A stretch of DNA of 64,000 nt from IMG/VR virus record IMGVR_UViG_2758568506_000001, positions 7,710 through 71,709 of that record, one strand, 5' to 3'. Position 1 is the stretch's first letter. The number at the start of each line of letters is the position of its first letter. Positions 20,713 through 29,268 of the stretch are shown here, piece by piece. This DNA comes from a virus. Taxonomy: Duplodnaviria > Caudoviricetes. A model generated the notes under the pieces. The model searched no databases. It was not told where the DNA came from and saw only the letters and a program-made list of their open reading frames with translations. A program made the position numbers and the translations under genes.

Positions 20713-20755
20713 TTGCGGTAGCAGGACTCGAACCTACTTACAACCATTACCGCAA
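20713..20755 (-). ncRNA. 43-nt tRNA-elbow-like RNA, copy 1
   Basis: TTGCGGT-AATGGTTGTA-AGTAGG-TTCGAGT-CCTGCT-ACCGCAA; covaries with the copy at 49494-49536. Confidence 0.6.
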
Positions 20756-20819
20756 CTCCGAAAGGAGGTATTTTAAACCTAAAAAAGCCAGTGTCGAAAG
20801 GCTATTCCCTTAATCTTTC

Positions 20820-20837
20820 GACAATACCATAATACAA
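20820..20837 (-). promoter_or_regulatory. Putative ArpU-activated late promoter (A)
   Basis: GACAATAC-ATAATACAA conserved just downstream of both ArpU genes; -10 TATTAT on the minus strand. Confidence 0.5.
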
Positions 20838-20889
20838 CGTATTATCTCTGCTCAACCTATGATAATCCTATGCAAAACCTATGATGATT

Positions 20890-21363
20890 CTATGATTTTA
20901 AAAAAACTCGTAAATCGTCAATTGAAGCACTATCTTTTTTTCGCCAGTAATCAAGACGTTCAGCGAACTCAACACACGCATTATTTTTTAATTGATAATA
21001 ACGAGCCGATTGATAACCTAATCTTTCTGCGATTTTTGTATCTGGCATCTTTTTTATAAAAAACAAATATAAGATTATTCCGCTTGAATAATTGCAACTG
21101 CTAAGAGCATGATTAACCGCTCTTACGCAAGCTTGAGCGTCGAGATTAACAACTATGCGTTCATCTTGATGATTGCGTCCATCATGTCCGCCAACGTTAT
21201 TAGGGTCAAGAGTTGGGCTTGATATGTCGCTTAGGTGTTTGTTGGCCAGATTAAGATAATGACCAAAGTCTTCTGTAAAAAAATTTTTAACTGCTTGTGC
21301 TGTTTTTGCTTTATCTAACTTCGCTTTCTTAAACAAAACTGATTGCTCAACTCCAATCATCAT
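20890..21363 (-). CDS. arpU: ArpU family late transcription activator
   Basis: KTAQAVKNFF, ISSPTLD, IAERLGYQ..YY.LKNNACVEFAE. Confidence 0.85.
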   Translation of the reverse strand: MMIGVEQSVLFKKAKLDKAKTAQAVKNFFTEDFGHYLNLANKHLSDISSPTLDPNNVGGHDGRNHQDERIVVNLDAQACVRAVNHALSSCNYSSGIILYLFFIKKMPDTKIAERLGYQSARYYQLKNNACVEFAERLDYWRKKDSASIDDLRVFLKS

Positions 21364-21374
21364 CCATTACCGAC

Positions 21375-21869
21375 CTATTCTTTAATAAAAATTTTCGTAT
21401 TATTCTTAGGAACCATATATCTACCACCTTGGGGTATGTCGCACCAATGAGTGCGTTTAGTTATAAGATTAATATGTTTCCGCATTCGTTTATAAACCTC
21501 ATTAGAATGATTGCTTTGTGAAATACCAAAATATTGTAAATTAGTTGTAGCCGCTAAATAAATTTCAGTTTGATTTTCTGGTTTAACAACATACTTAAAA
21601 ACAGGTCTAGTATGATAACCATATAGCACTGCTATTCTGCGACAAGCGCTAGGATTGTGACCAACTTTTGCGCTAATTTCGCGATAGTTATAGCCAAGCT
21701 TTATCAACCTAATTATTTCTTTATCATAATCATGTTTTACAAATTTCTGAGCTACACCCATCTCTTTATGCAATTTAACCATTAAGGGTTTGTCATCAGG
21801 TATGACAAGCGTTCCATATTTATCTTCTATTTCATGTATTAAATCCCAAACTTTTTGCGGTAATCTCAT
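21375..21869 (-). CDS. Hypothetical HTH-containing protein
   Basis: IIRLIKLGYNYREISAKVGH helix-turn-helix; counterpart at 50219-50713. Confidence 0.5.
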   Translation of the reverse strand: MRLPQKVWDLIHEIEDKYGTLVIPDDKPLMVKLHKEMGVAQKFVKHDYDKEIIRLIKLGYNYREISAKVGHNPSACRRIAVLYGYHTRPVFKYVVKPENQTEIYLAATTNLQYFGISQSNHSNEVYKRMRKHINLITKRTHWCDIPQGGRYMVPKNNTKIFIKE

Positions 21870-22004
21870 GCTTTATCACTTCCCTTTTAAAGCCCTACCA
21901 CTTTAATTTGTGTATTTAACAAATTTTCATGAATTTTAATTTTACCCGTATAACCATTTAATTTTTCAACTATCACTTCGTTTTTTTGACAATATTCACA
22001 GATT

Positions 22005-22346
22005 TTAGTATCCATATCCGACTAACCCTTCTTTCACGATTTTTAGCGCGTCATCTGCGCTCCTAGCTATACCGTGCACAATTTTTCGTTTTTGTAACAT
22101 ATTATGAAATCTGATTTGTTCTGGTCGCGGCTTACCTGTTGCCGACTTTACTTCGATAAAAAATATTTGATTATCAATCCACCGAAAGCCAACTAAATCA
22201 GGAAAACCTTTAGGTAAGCCTGTATCAAACCAGCGACCGTCTTTCATCAGAACTTTACCCACGTTCGCGCGAAAAACTGTACACTGATTGGCTGATAAAT
22301 TTAATTGAATTTGTTTTTGGATTTCGTGTTCCGATTTGATTCCCAT
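22005..22346 (-). CDS. VRR-NUC nuclease
   Basis: SEHEIQ, GFPDL, FIEVK, RPEQ..F. Confidence 0.9.
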   Translation of the reverse strand: MGIKSEHEIQKQIQLNLSANQCTVFRANVGKVLMKDGRWFDTGLPKGFPDLVGFRWIDNQIFFIEVKSATGKPRPEQIRFHNMLQKRKIVHGIARSADDALKIVKEGLVGYGY

Positions 22347-22351
22347 AGCAT

Positions 22352-22576
22352 TTATATATCTAAAATTTCGGTTAAAATAATTGGTATGCCAAGAAAAAAG
22401 TCAAAAAGAACAAAAGCGACACTAACATCTTGAACATCCGATTTACTCATTGGATAGCCAATAATTCTGAATGTGTTAACTATTATAGCTAGTAATACCA
22501 GGGTCAAAATAGCTAAAGAAAACACAGAAACGGCAATCACGATTAATTTATGTTGTTTCATAAAATCACCCATCAA
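22352..22576 (-). CDS. Small membrane protein
   Basis: Two hydrophobic helices; co-oriented in the early operon. Confidence 0.55.
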   Translation of the reverse strand: MMGDFMKQHKLIVIAVSVFSLAILTLVLLAIIVNTFRIIGYPMSKSDVQDVSVAFVLFDFFLGIPIILTEILDI

Positions 22577-23045
22577 CAGGCACCTTCTTGCAATCTTCTA
22601 AGTGAAATTTCTTAATTTCTGCTTCGGTAAATTCACAGCTGTTATCCAAGCCGTTAAGTTGGTCATATACTCCCTGAACCGATTGCGCACCTAATACATC
22701 ACTGTCAAACCACTTGTGATAGAAAGTTTTATGTGCGTGCGGCACTTTCACGTACCACATTTTCTTTGACACAGGCTTGCTATATCTGTCCCAAAATTTT
22801 TCCATTGCTTCCTTATCTGGAGCTCCATACCAGTGCAAAATTGTGCTTGCATATCGTTCTAAATTTTCATTAGTAGCTAATTTTATAAATTCCTGCTTTG
22901 TCATAGGAATCGGTTCAGCTCCCGCATATACTCCTGTACTATCATAGCCTCCATCTAAAACTTTTTTATCACGCCAGTTTTTTGTTATATAGAGGCATCT
23001 TCCGTTATGCTTAATAACTCTTTTTTCTTCAGTCATTTTTACCAC
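22566..23045 (-). CDS. Hypothetical phage protein
   Basis: Operon-coupled 159-aa ORF. Confidence 0.55.
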   Translation of the reverse strand: MVKMTEEKRVIKHNGRCLYITKNWRDKKVLDGGYDSTGVYAGAEPIPMTKQEFIKLATNENLERYASTILHWYGAPDKEAMEKFWDRYSKPVSKKMWYVKVPHAHKTFYHKWFDSDVLGAQSVQGVYDQLNGLDNSCEFTEAEIKKFHLEDCKKVPVDG

Positions 23046-23295
23046 CTAGAATTAATTTGATTTCGTCAGAACTATATATACGATTAAATGGATATTCCCA
23101 TAAATATTCTGTCAACTCAGAGCTAGTAAATTTACACTGCTTGATTACACCTCTAACTAGATCAACTAGAGCATATGTACCGTCTAGATTGTCAGCAATC
23201 ATTAAGTACTCTGCACGTTTTCCGATTAATCGATTAGTCCTAATTATTGAACCCTGTTTAATTTTAGAGTTATCTTTAGTTATAATTTTCATCAT
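23029..23295 (-). CDS. Hypothetical phage protein
   Basis: Operon-coupled 88-aa ORF. Confidence 0.55.
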   Translation of the reverse strand: MMKIITKDNSKIKQGSIIRTNRLIGKRAEYLMIADNLDGTYALVDLVRGVIKQCKFTSSELTEYLWEYPFNRIYSSDEIKLILGGKND

Positions 23296-23471
23296 TTACC
23301 ACCCCCAGCTAGTCCACCACATATACTTTTCAAGTAACCCAGCTAATAATGCTAAAACAGTAAACGCTACAAAGAATGCCAAACCTAATTTTTCGTTATC
23401 TAGGTAAAAACACACGAACGCTGTTATACATGCAATTGCTCCCAACAAGCCGATTAAAATTATTAATAATT

Positions 23472-23870
23472 TCATTGGTTACCCCCGCATTCACTAACTT
23501 TTTTGTCTTTTATTCGCTCTTTTAAAATCCGAACGCATTTAGCATATGTTTTTTTGTTAACATAATACGTTTGCTTAAAAGGCTTAGGAGAATCGTCAAA
23601 AATACCACTTTTATTGGGCACGTGTCTAAAATTAATTACATATTGTCCGTTAGAATGAATTTCTCCACTACTCAAATTTTCGATAAGTTCTTCATAATCG
23701 CGTTCCTTTTTAATATCAGTAAATCTAATTGCTTTTTTAGTTATTTCTTTCATTTTTAGCTCCCTCCGTATCTGCGAATTTCTCGTTTTCATCCAACGGA
23801 TAGTTGTCGGGCACGTGCCCTCGAAACACGTATTCTCCGTTTTTGTTTTTACGATATAGTTTTTTAACAT
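23472..23870 (-). CDS. Hypothetical phage protein (real start probably internal, MKEITKK)
   Basis: Co-oriented ORF; SD GGGAG before the internal ATG. Confidence 0.45.
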   Translation of the reverse strand: MLKNYIVKTKTENTCFEGTCPTTIRWMKTRNSQIRRELKMKEITKKAIRFTDIKKERDYEELIENLSSGEIHSNGQYVINFRHVPNKSGIFDDSPKPFKQTYYVNKKTYAKCVRILKERIKDKKVSECGGNQ

Positions 23871-23879
23871 GCGTCATAG

Positions 23880-24107
23880 TTATTTAATCCTTTTAAAACC
23901 AATGCTGATAGTTAACTCTTCTGAATTTTTATTGGAAGTTTTATTAAATAACAATTCACTTAAAGTTAAATCCTTATCATTTGCAATGCCAGATATAGCT
24001 TGTAGCTGCATAATTACAGCTGCTAATTCAGGGTACTTTGTATCAATTAAAAATTTTTCTTCTTTTTTCATTGCTAGTCCTCCTTTAAAATAGTGGCACT
24101 TCGGCAT
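23880..24107 (-). CDS. Hypothetical phage protein (start probably MKKEEK)
   Basis: GGAGG SD before the internal ATG. Confidence 0.5.
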   Translation of the reverse strand: MPKCHYFKGGLAMKKEEKFLIDTKYPELAAVIMQLQAISGIANDKDLTLSELLFNKTSNKNSEELTISIGFKRIK

Positions 24108-24837
24108 GCTTTAGCATTTTTTTCGCGGCTTTTTGATACATTTTTTTATCTATTTCAAAACCGTAAGCGTCACGATTCAGCTCAATAGCTGCTCTTAAAG
24201 TTGACCCACTCCCAGCTACAGGATCAATCACCACATCACCAGGGTCAGTAAAGATTTCAATTAAATGCCTCAAAACTGGTATTGGCTTCTGCGTGGGCGC
24301 TATTTTGGGATAGCTACTATCAATGTCCCATCTGAACCAGTTTTTTATCATACGACCACCGTTGTTAAATTTCGGCAGTTTATCTCGATATAGGACTAGA
24401 GCATACTCAGTAGCGCCAACAATTTTCATGTTTACTTTTAAAACTTGCGCAGATGTTGGCTTGATAAAAACTAAAGGAATATAGTGATTAAAGCCATATT
24501 TTTTACCGTACTCGATAACCATCTCCAACTGCTGAAAAGCACAAAAAACAATCATTGCCGGTGCCTTACCTGTCCCCTTAGGCTCCTTAACCAGCATGTG
24601 TGAACAGAAATGCATAAATTCTGCAACTCTAAAATCTACGTCAGTGTTAAAGAAGTTTGAGTTAGCCTTATCACTTTCGCCATTTTTGATTTCACCATTT
24701 TTGTACCACTCACGGCTACTAGCATAAGCATCATTAGCGATATTGTAGGGTATGTCTGCTATAACTAGTTGTGCTTTAGGAAGCTGATATCTTTTGTAGT
24801 TTTGAAAATGGTCATTAAACAGTTTCATTTTTACCAT
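24085..24837 (-). CDS. Second orphan DNA methyltransferase (N4-C/N6-A, beta group)
   Basis: DIPYN, PTQKP, VIDPVAGSGSTL. Confidence 0.9.
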   Translation of the reverse strand: MVKMKLFNDHFQNYKRYQLPKAQLVIADIPYNIANDAYASSREWYKNGEIKNGESDKANSNFFNTDVDFRVAEFMHFCSHMLVKEPKGTGKAPAMIVFCAFQQLEMVIEYGKKYGFNHYIPLVFIKPTSAQVLKVNMKIVGATEYALVLYRDKLPKFNNGGRMIKNWFRWDIDSSYPKIAPTQKPIPVLRHLIEIFTDPGDVVIDPVAGSGSTLRAAIELNRDAYGFEIDKKMYQKAAKKMLKHAEVPLF

Positions 24838-24839
24838 TG

Positions 24840-25040
24840 CTAGTCCCCCTTTAAGTCCTGCACTTTCATTACATCAACATCTACATCATTTAAAGTTAAA
24901 AAGCCTTCGACTAAATAGCCTTCAACGCACGAGTAAGAACAAAAACATGTTGTTTCATCAAAAACGGCGCCTTTCATAACCCAAACATCGTCATTCTCAC
25001 TTAATTCTCTGTCGCACAATTCACATCTTATTTTTTTCAT
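24840..25040 (-). CDS. Small TRASH-like zinc-finger protein
   Basis: CELC...FCSYSC. Confidence 0.6.
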   Translation of the reverse strand: MKKIRCELCDRELSENDDVWVMKGAVFDETTCFCSYSCVEGYLVEGFLTLNDVDVDVMKVQDLKGD

Positions 25041-25062
25041 TATTTTTCTCTTTCCGGTTACA

Positions 25063-25878
25063 CTAGGTGACAGTTAACCGTCACCTGTTTTTAACTTACT
25101 CTCCCAAGGCTTTATGACTATATTTTTCAAAGGTGACAGTAAAATTGAAAAAAAACTTTTAAAAGCTATCGATAGGCTTATTTATATAAATAAAAAGTTT
25201 TATTAAAATATACTGTCTTACTGTCACCTAACCATAATTCAACTTACTCTTCCAAGGCTTTAGATAGGTGACAGTAACCGTCTCCTATCTGTCACCTACT
25301 GTCACTTTTTAAATCCCCTAACCGTCTTACCATCTATTTTTTTACGGGCACTCGTATCATATCCGAGGTGTTCCATGTAGTAATTACGGTAAAATTACAG
25401 TAACTGTAATGTGCTTTACCGTTACTCTCTCAAGGAATTAGATACCATAATTTTAGAAATTACAGTAAAAATTGAAAAAACTTTTAAAAGCTATTAATAG
25501 GCTTATTTATATAAATAAAAAGTTTATATAAATAATAGTGTAATAGTGTAATTTATATTTATAACTCTTAGAGTGACAAGGGTTTGCAAGATTACAGTAA
25601 CCGTAATTTTACTGTAATTATTGTTTAATAGATGACGCTTCAATGACAGTTACTGTCATTGCCCTCCTCCTTACTCTTTCATAGGTTTGAGGCTCCTAAA
25701 ATTGCTAATGACAGTAAAATCGAAAAAAACTTTTAAAAGCTATTAATAGACTTATTTATATAAATAAAAAGTTTTATTAAAATATACTGTCTTACTGTCA
25801 TTAGTACCTCTCGTCCTTACTCTACCAGCGCTTTTCGAAATGACAGTAACCGTCATTAACTGTCATTATCCGTCATCA
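25063..25878. repeat. Three tandem ~240-bp origin-like units with different iterons
   Basis: Shared core CAGTAAAA(A)T(T/C)GAAAAAA..CTTTTAAAAGCTAT..ATAG(G/A)CTTATTTATATAAATAAAAAGTTT; flanking inverted iterons GGTGACAG, ATTACAG, AATGACAG; immediately downstream of VapE. Confidence 0.8.
25302..25382 (-). pseudogene. Silent alternative 3' end of the VapE gene
   Basis: Translates to YYMEHLGYDTSARKKIDGKTVRGFKK*, 18/26 identical to the VapE C-terminus. Confidence 0.85.
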
Positions 25879-25879
25879 T

Positions 25880-27202
25880 TTATTTTGAAAAGCCACGTAT
25901 TGTCACTCCGTTAATTGTTCTTCTTGCACTTGTATTAAATCCTAAATGCTCCATGTAATACCGTACGTTTTTAGTTTGTTTATTGTTACGCGACAGTGCG
26001 TTGTAGTCTTGAAACAAAGCAAAGGCCAAATCACGGTTTGGAATAAATTCTTGATTTTTAAATTTATTTTCTAAAATATCCATTAAGTCATCTTCTAACC
26101 CAGTCGTATATCTGAACTGCTCACGATTAGCTTTTAGTAACTCCTCTTGTCTGGGCGTAAACAAAAACGGGTCTTTGGCATTTTTATAGAGCCACACCGC
26201 TTCGCCCCACACCTGCTCCACCACCTCTGGAGATAGTTCAGTTATCGGACTTTTTGTTTGTTGTTCAGGGTGCGCATAGATTGATAGAAAACGCCGGTCG
26301 CCTGAACGGTCTTTTAAGTGACGAACTTCATTAGTTGTCCGCGTTATGATAAATTTTTTCTGGAATTTAATTGGCTTATGTGCATACGGTTTACGATATT
26401 CAAAGTCTTGCATTGTGATAAATTTTTTAATTTCTTCAAAACTAGCATCATTACTCGCAGTCATTTCATCATCATTGACGATAAGCGCGTTTTTCATGAC
26501 TTCAAAATCGTCTTTTTTAGTAAAGCTATTAAATTGGTCGGTATATAGTCCCATTGGAGCAATATTTTTTAAGCACGTTGTTTTACCAACACCTTGGCCA
26601 CCGACTAAATCGGTAACATAATCTACCTTAACTGCTGGGTCATAAGCCTTTGCTACTACCGCCATATAAAATATCCGTGTAATTAACACATTAGTTTCAT
26701 TATTATCCGCGCCCAGATATTCAACAAAAAATTTATCCAAACGGCGTTTTTTATCCCAGTGCTTATAAGCGTTATCCATATACTCCACCACGGGGTTATA
26801 TGGATTCATGTAGGCAACATTATCAACGGCTTGCTCTATAATCATATTTTTAAAAGACGCGTGACCATAAGCCTCTTGGCTTTCGATATATAATTCGATT
26901 GAATTAGTAACTTGGTCGGTGTATCGACCTTTAGTAATCGCTACCTTACCAATGTCCGGCAGCGCAATTTCAACCGATTTGACTACATCAACTTCGCCGG
27001 TAAACTTATTTAAGCGAAACAAACCTTTTAGATTGGGGTCACGGAGAAGAATCATGACTACGTTTTTAACGCTGGCCGTTTTAACCGCGCCATTAGTTTG
27101 CTTGTCGAGGTTGATTGTGGTATTGCGCAATTTATTCGCATTTTTCTCATCAATATGAATAATGTCACTCATCAATCCCCCTCCTTCGTATTTCTTTTTC
27201 AA
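25880..27202 (-). CDS. VapE-family helicase/ATPase
   Basis: GGQGVGKTT Walker A, LIVNDDEM, FEYRKPY, GDRRF; real start probably MSDIIHI. Confidence 0.9.
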   Translation of the reverse strand: MKKKYEGGGLMSDIIHIDEKNANKLRNTTINLDKQTNGAVKTASVKNVVMILLRDPNLKGLFRLNKFTGEVDVVKSVEIALPDIGKVAITKGRYTDQVTNSIELYIESQEAYGHASFKNMIIEQAVDNVAYMNPYNPVVEYMDNAYKHWDKKRRLDKFFVEYLGADNNETNVLITRIFYMAVVAKAYDPAVKVDYVTDLVGGQGVGKTTCLKNIAPMGLYTDQFNSFTKKDDFEVMKNALIVNDDEMTASNDASFEEIKKFITMQDFEYRKPYAHKPIKFQKKFIITRTTNEVRHLKDRSGDRRFLSIYAHPEQQTKSPITELSPEVVEQVWGEAVWLYKNAKDPFLFTPRQEELLKANREQFRYTTGLEDDLMDILENKFKNQEFIPNRDLAFALFQDYNALSRNNKQTKNVRYYMEHLGFNTSARRTINGVTIRGFSK

Positions 27203-27959
27203 TCATAGAGTTAACTGTTCGTTCGACCTCAGTGAGTGGTAAGCTGTCCACCGTGTTTGTGTTGGCTATGATAGCCAGCTTAGCAACGGCATCTGGGTCG
27301 ACTCCACGATATAGTAGACCACCCACAAAACTAGCCAACGTTTTATTTCTTTGGCCATCATCACCCAAGCCGTTTACTATCTTTTCAAACAAACCTGTTG
27401 TTTGCGTTTTTGTTGAAATTTTATAGCTTAAAATCTTCCGCTTTTCGGGCTTCGCTTTTTCTTTTATCAAATCCAGCAAGCCTTGCGGCGCTGGTCTAAT
27501 CGGTTTGTGGTTGAGCCATTTATAAGATTTATCGCCTATACGGCTAGGTGCAACAACTACGTAGTTATTTTCGTGTGCTTTCAAATCCACTCCGGGCAGG
27601 AAACCGATATTTTGTGATATATTTTCATCTTTAGGTTTTTGGAAAAAGAAATGAAAACCGTTGTGTGCTGTGCGTTCAGTTAAGGTATTTTTAAACCATT
27701 CATCATGTTTTAAAGCTCGGATTGCGTCCATACCATCTACCTCACCATGTCGGTCAACATCAATCACAAAAAACTGGTCGGTTTTAAGAGCGATATTAGC
27801 TAGTGGATAGCGTTGCCAAGTTTGTTTGATTTCATCAATTGTCATTGCAGGTCGGTTAGCAAACTTAACTAAAGGTCGCTTATTGGCGCCAATTGGAATT
27901 ACACCAAAACCGTGATTAGCGTAGCTAATTGCGTAATTTACTAAATTTTCTAGTGCCAT
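27165..27959 (-). CDS. Bifunctional DNA primase/polymerase (Prim-Pol + PriCT-1)
   Basis: VIDVDRH, TAHNGFHFFF, GQRNKTLASFVG. Confidence 0.9.
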   Translation of the reverse strand: MALENLVNYAISYANHGFGVIPIGANKRPLVKFANRPAMTIDEIKQTWQRYPLANIALKTDQFFVIDVDRHGEVDGMDAIRALKHDEWFKNTLTERTAHNGFHFFFQKPKDENISQNIGFLPGVDLKAHENNYVVVAPSRIGDKSYKWLNHKPIRPAPQGLLDLIKEKAKPEKRKILSYKISTKTQTTGLFEKIVNGLGDDGQRNKTLASFVGGLLYRGVDPDAVAKLAIIANTNTVDSLPLTEVERTVNSMIEKEIRRRGIDE

Positions 27960-27964
27960 AATAT

Positions 27965-28534
27965 TTAGAATGGAAGATCATCATCTGAAACTTCTGTTGT
28001 GTTCCCAGTGCCATTAAACGGATCTTTTGCATCTGCAACCTTAGGCTGTTCGTGTTTTTCAAATTTGTAGTTTCGGAATGGATATTGTGGGTTCTTTTTA
28101 TTTGGCGTAGTTGCAATCGTTACTTTTAAAAGTCTGCCTAAAGCGCCTTGAAGTTTGTCAGCGATTGCATCATAGGCTTCGGTTTCTATATCAAAATCAA
28201 AGCAACTGTTTGGAATCGGATTGTCTACTGCTTCACCCAAAATTTGAATTTTCGAAATAGTGCGGGCAATAAAATCGGGAGAAATCGGGGTACCATCGTT
28301 TTTAGTCTGTCTTAATGATGGGAAGTAAGACTCACGACGACCCTCATATTCGCCTTCTACTACACTAAAACTAATTATCAAAAAATCGTGGTCATTTTTA
28401 ACACTGTGTGAAGCACCATCAAGTGTCATCAGATAATTGCCATCTGGGATTCGTTCGTTGGGGTTAAATTCCTTGCCATCTTTAGGGTCAAAACCGTTTT
28501 TCTTTAGTTCATTAACTGCATCTATTAAACTCAT
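27965..28534 (-). CDS. DUF669-like phage ssDNA-binding protein
   Basis: IPDGNY, VVEGEYEGR, acidic DDDLPF tail. Confidence 0.65.
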   Translation of the reverse strand: MSLIDAVNELKKNGFDPKDGKEFNPNERIPDGNYLMTLDGASHSVKNDHDFLIISFSVVEGEYEGRRESYFPSLRQTKNDGTPISPDFIARTISKIQILGEAVDNPIPNSCFDFDIETEAYDAIADKLQGALGRLLKVTIATTPNKKNPQYPFRNYKFEKHEQPKVADAKDPFNGTGNTTEVSDDDLPF

Positions 28535-28536
28535 AG

Positions 28537-29268
28537 TTATTTATTCTCCTTTTTAAAAATTCCGTTGCATGTTTGTAAAAGTTGTAGAACCCGCTTATCA
28601 GTTATATTTTTTGGGTCGTATTGGGTTCTTAAACCCTTAACTTCTCTGAAATAAGTGGCGTTTGTACCATCACCAACTTTTTTAGTGCGAATCTCAATAT
28701 CGCAGTTACCGTTGACGATGTTGTAGTATTTCGTTTTAAGTGAAGGGTGGTAAGTAGTCGCCCCAGTGTTTTCATCAGTAATCGCTATTTCGCGCGAAAT
28801 ATAGATGATGTTCATCGGCAGCGCTTTTAAATCCATGACCATTTGCTGAAGCGCGGCATTAAATAGTGCGTAGCCTTTGCCATAGCCGATATCACCTAGC
28901 GACTTCACTTTGTTTTCCCAACAGATAGCCTGCTCCAACATGACAACAATATCGTCAATTACATCAACTACTAATGTTTTAAATTGTTCTTCTGGTTTTC
29001 TCTGCTCATTTTCGTTTTGCAAAGCTAGAACAATATCGTCGATTTGATTAGTGACCAGTTGCTTAGGCCGGCCATTTTTATCTCTTAAATTTCTGATTTG
29101 AAATGCCGGTGCAGTTCCTTGCTCGCTGTTTCCGTCCGTATTTAGGATTAACGGGTTGGGAAAGTAGCTTGCAAAGTAACTTTTACCAGACATGGGAGCG
29201 CCCCAGATAAAAAAGTTATGGGGTTGAGATTTCGGAGCCAGTTGCTCCGCTTTGGGTAAAATAATCAC
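28537..29268 (-). CDS. AAA NTPase (Sak4/AAA_24-like recombinase)
   Basis: GAPMSGKS, TLVVDVID, GDIGYGKGY. Confidence 0.8.
   Translation of the reverse strand: MIILPKAEQLAPKSQPHNFFIWGAPMSGKSYFASYFPNPLILNTDGNSEQGTAPAFQIRNLRDKNGRPKQLVTNQIDDIVLALQNENEQRKPEEQFKTLVVDVIDDIVVMLEQAICWENKVKSLGDIGYGKGYALFNAALQQMVMDLKALPMNIIYISREIAITDENTGATTYHPSLKTKYYNIVNGNCDIEIRTKKVGDGTNATYFREVKGLRTQYDPKNITDKRVLQLLQTCNGIFKKENK

Noticed and set aside
20400-20800. GOLLD/ROOL large ncRNA
   Set aside because: The right genomic context, but only ~400 nt are available and I cannot recognise diagnostic motifs; needs Infernal
25302-25382. Silent VapE end as a DGR template repeat
   Set aside because: No reverse transcriptase in the window, and differences are not restricted to adenines
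25063-25878. Origin repeats as a CRISPR array or invertible shufflon
   Set aside because: Units are ~240 bp and degenerate, with no repeat-spacer periodicity or cas genes. They are in direct orientation with no adjacent invertase
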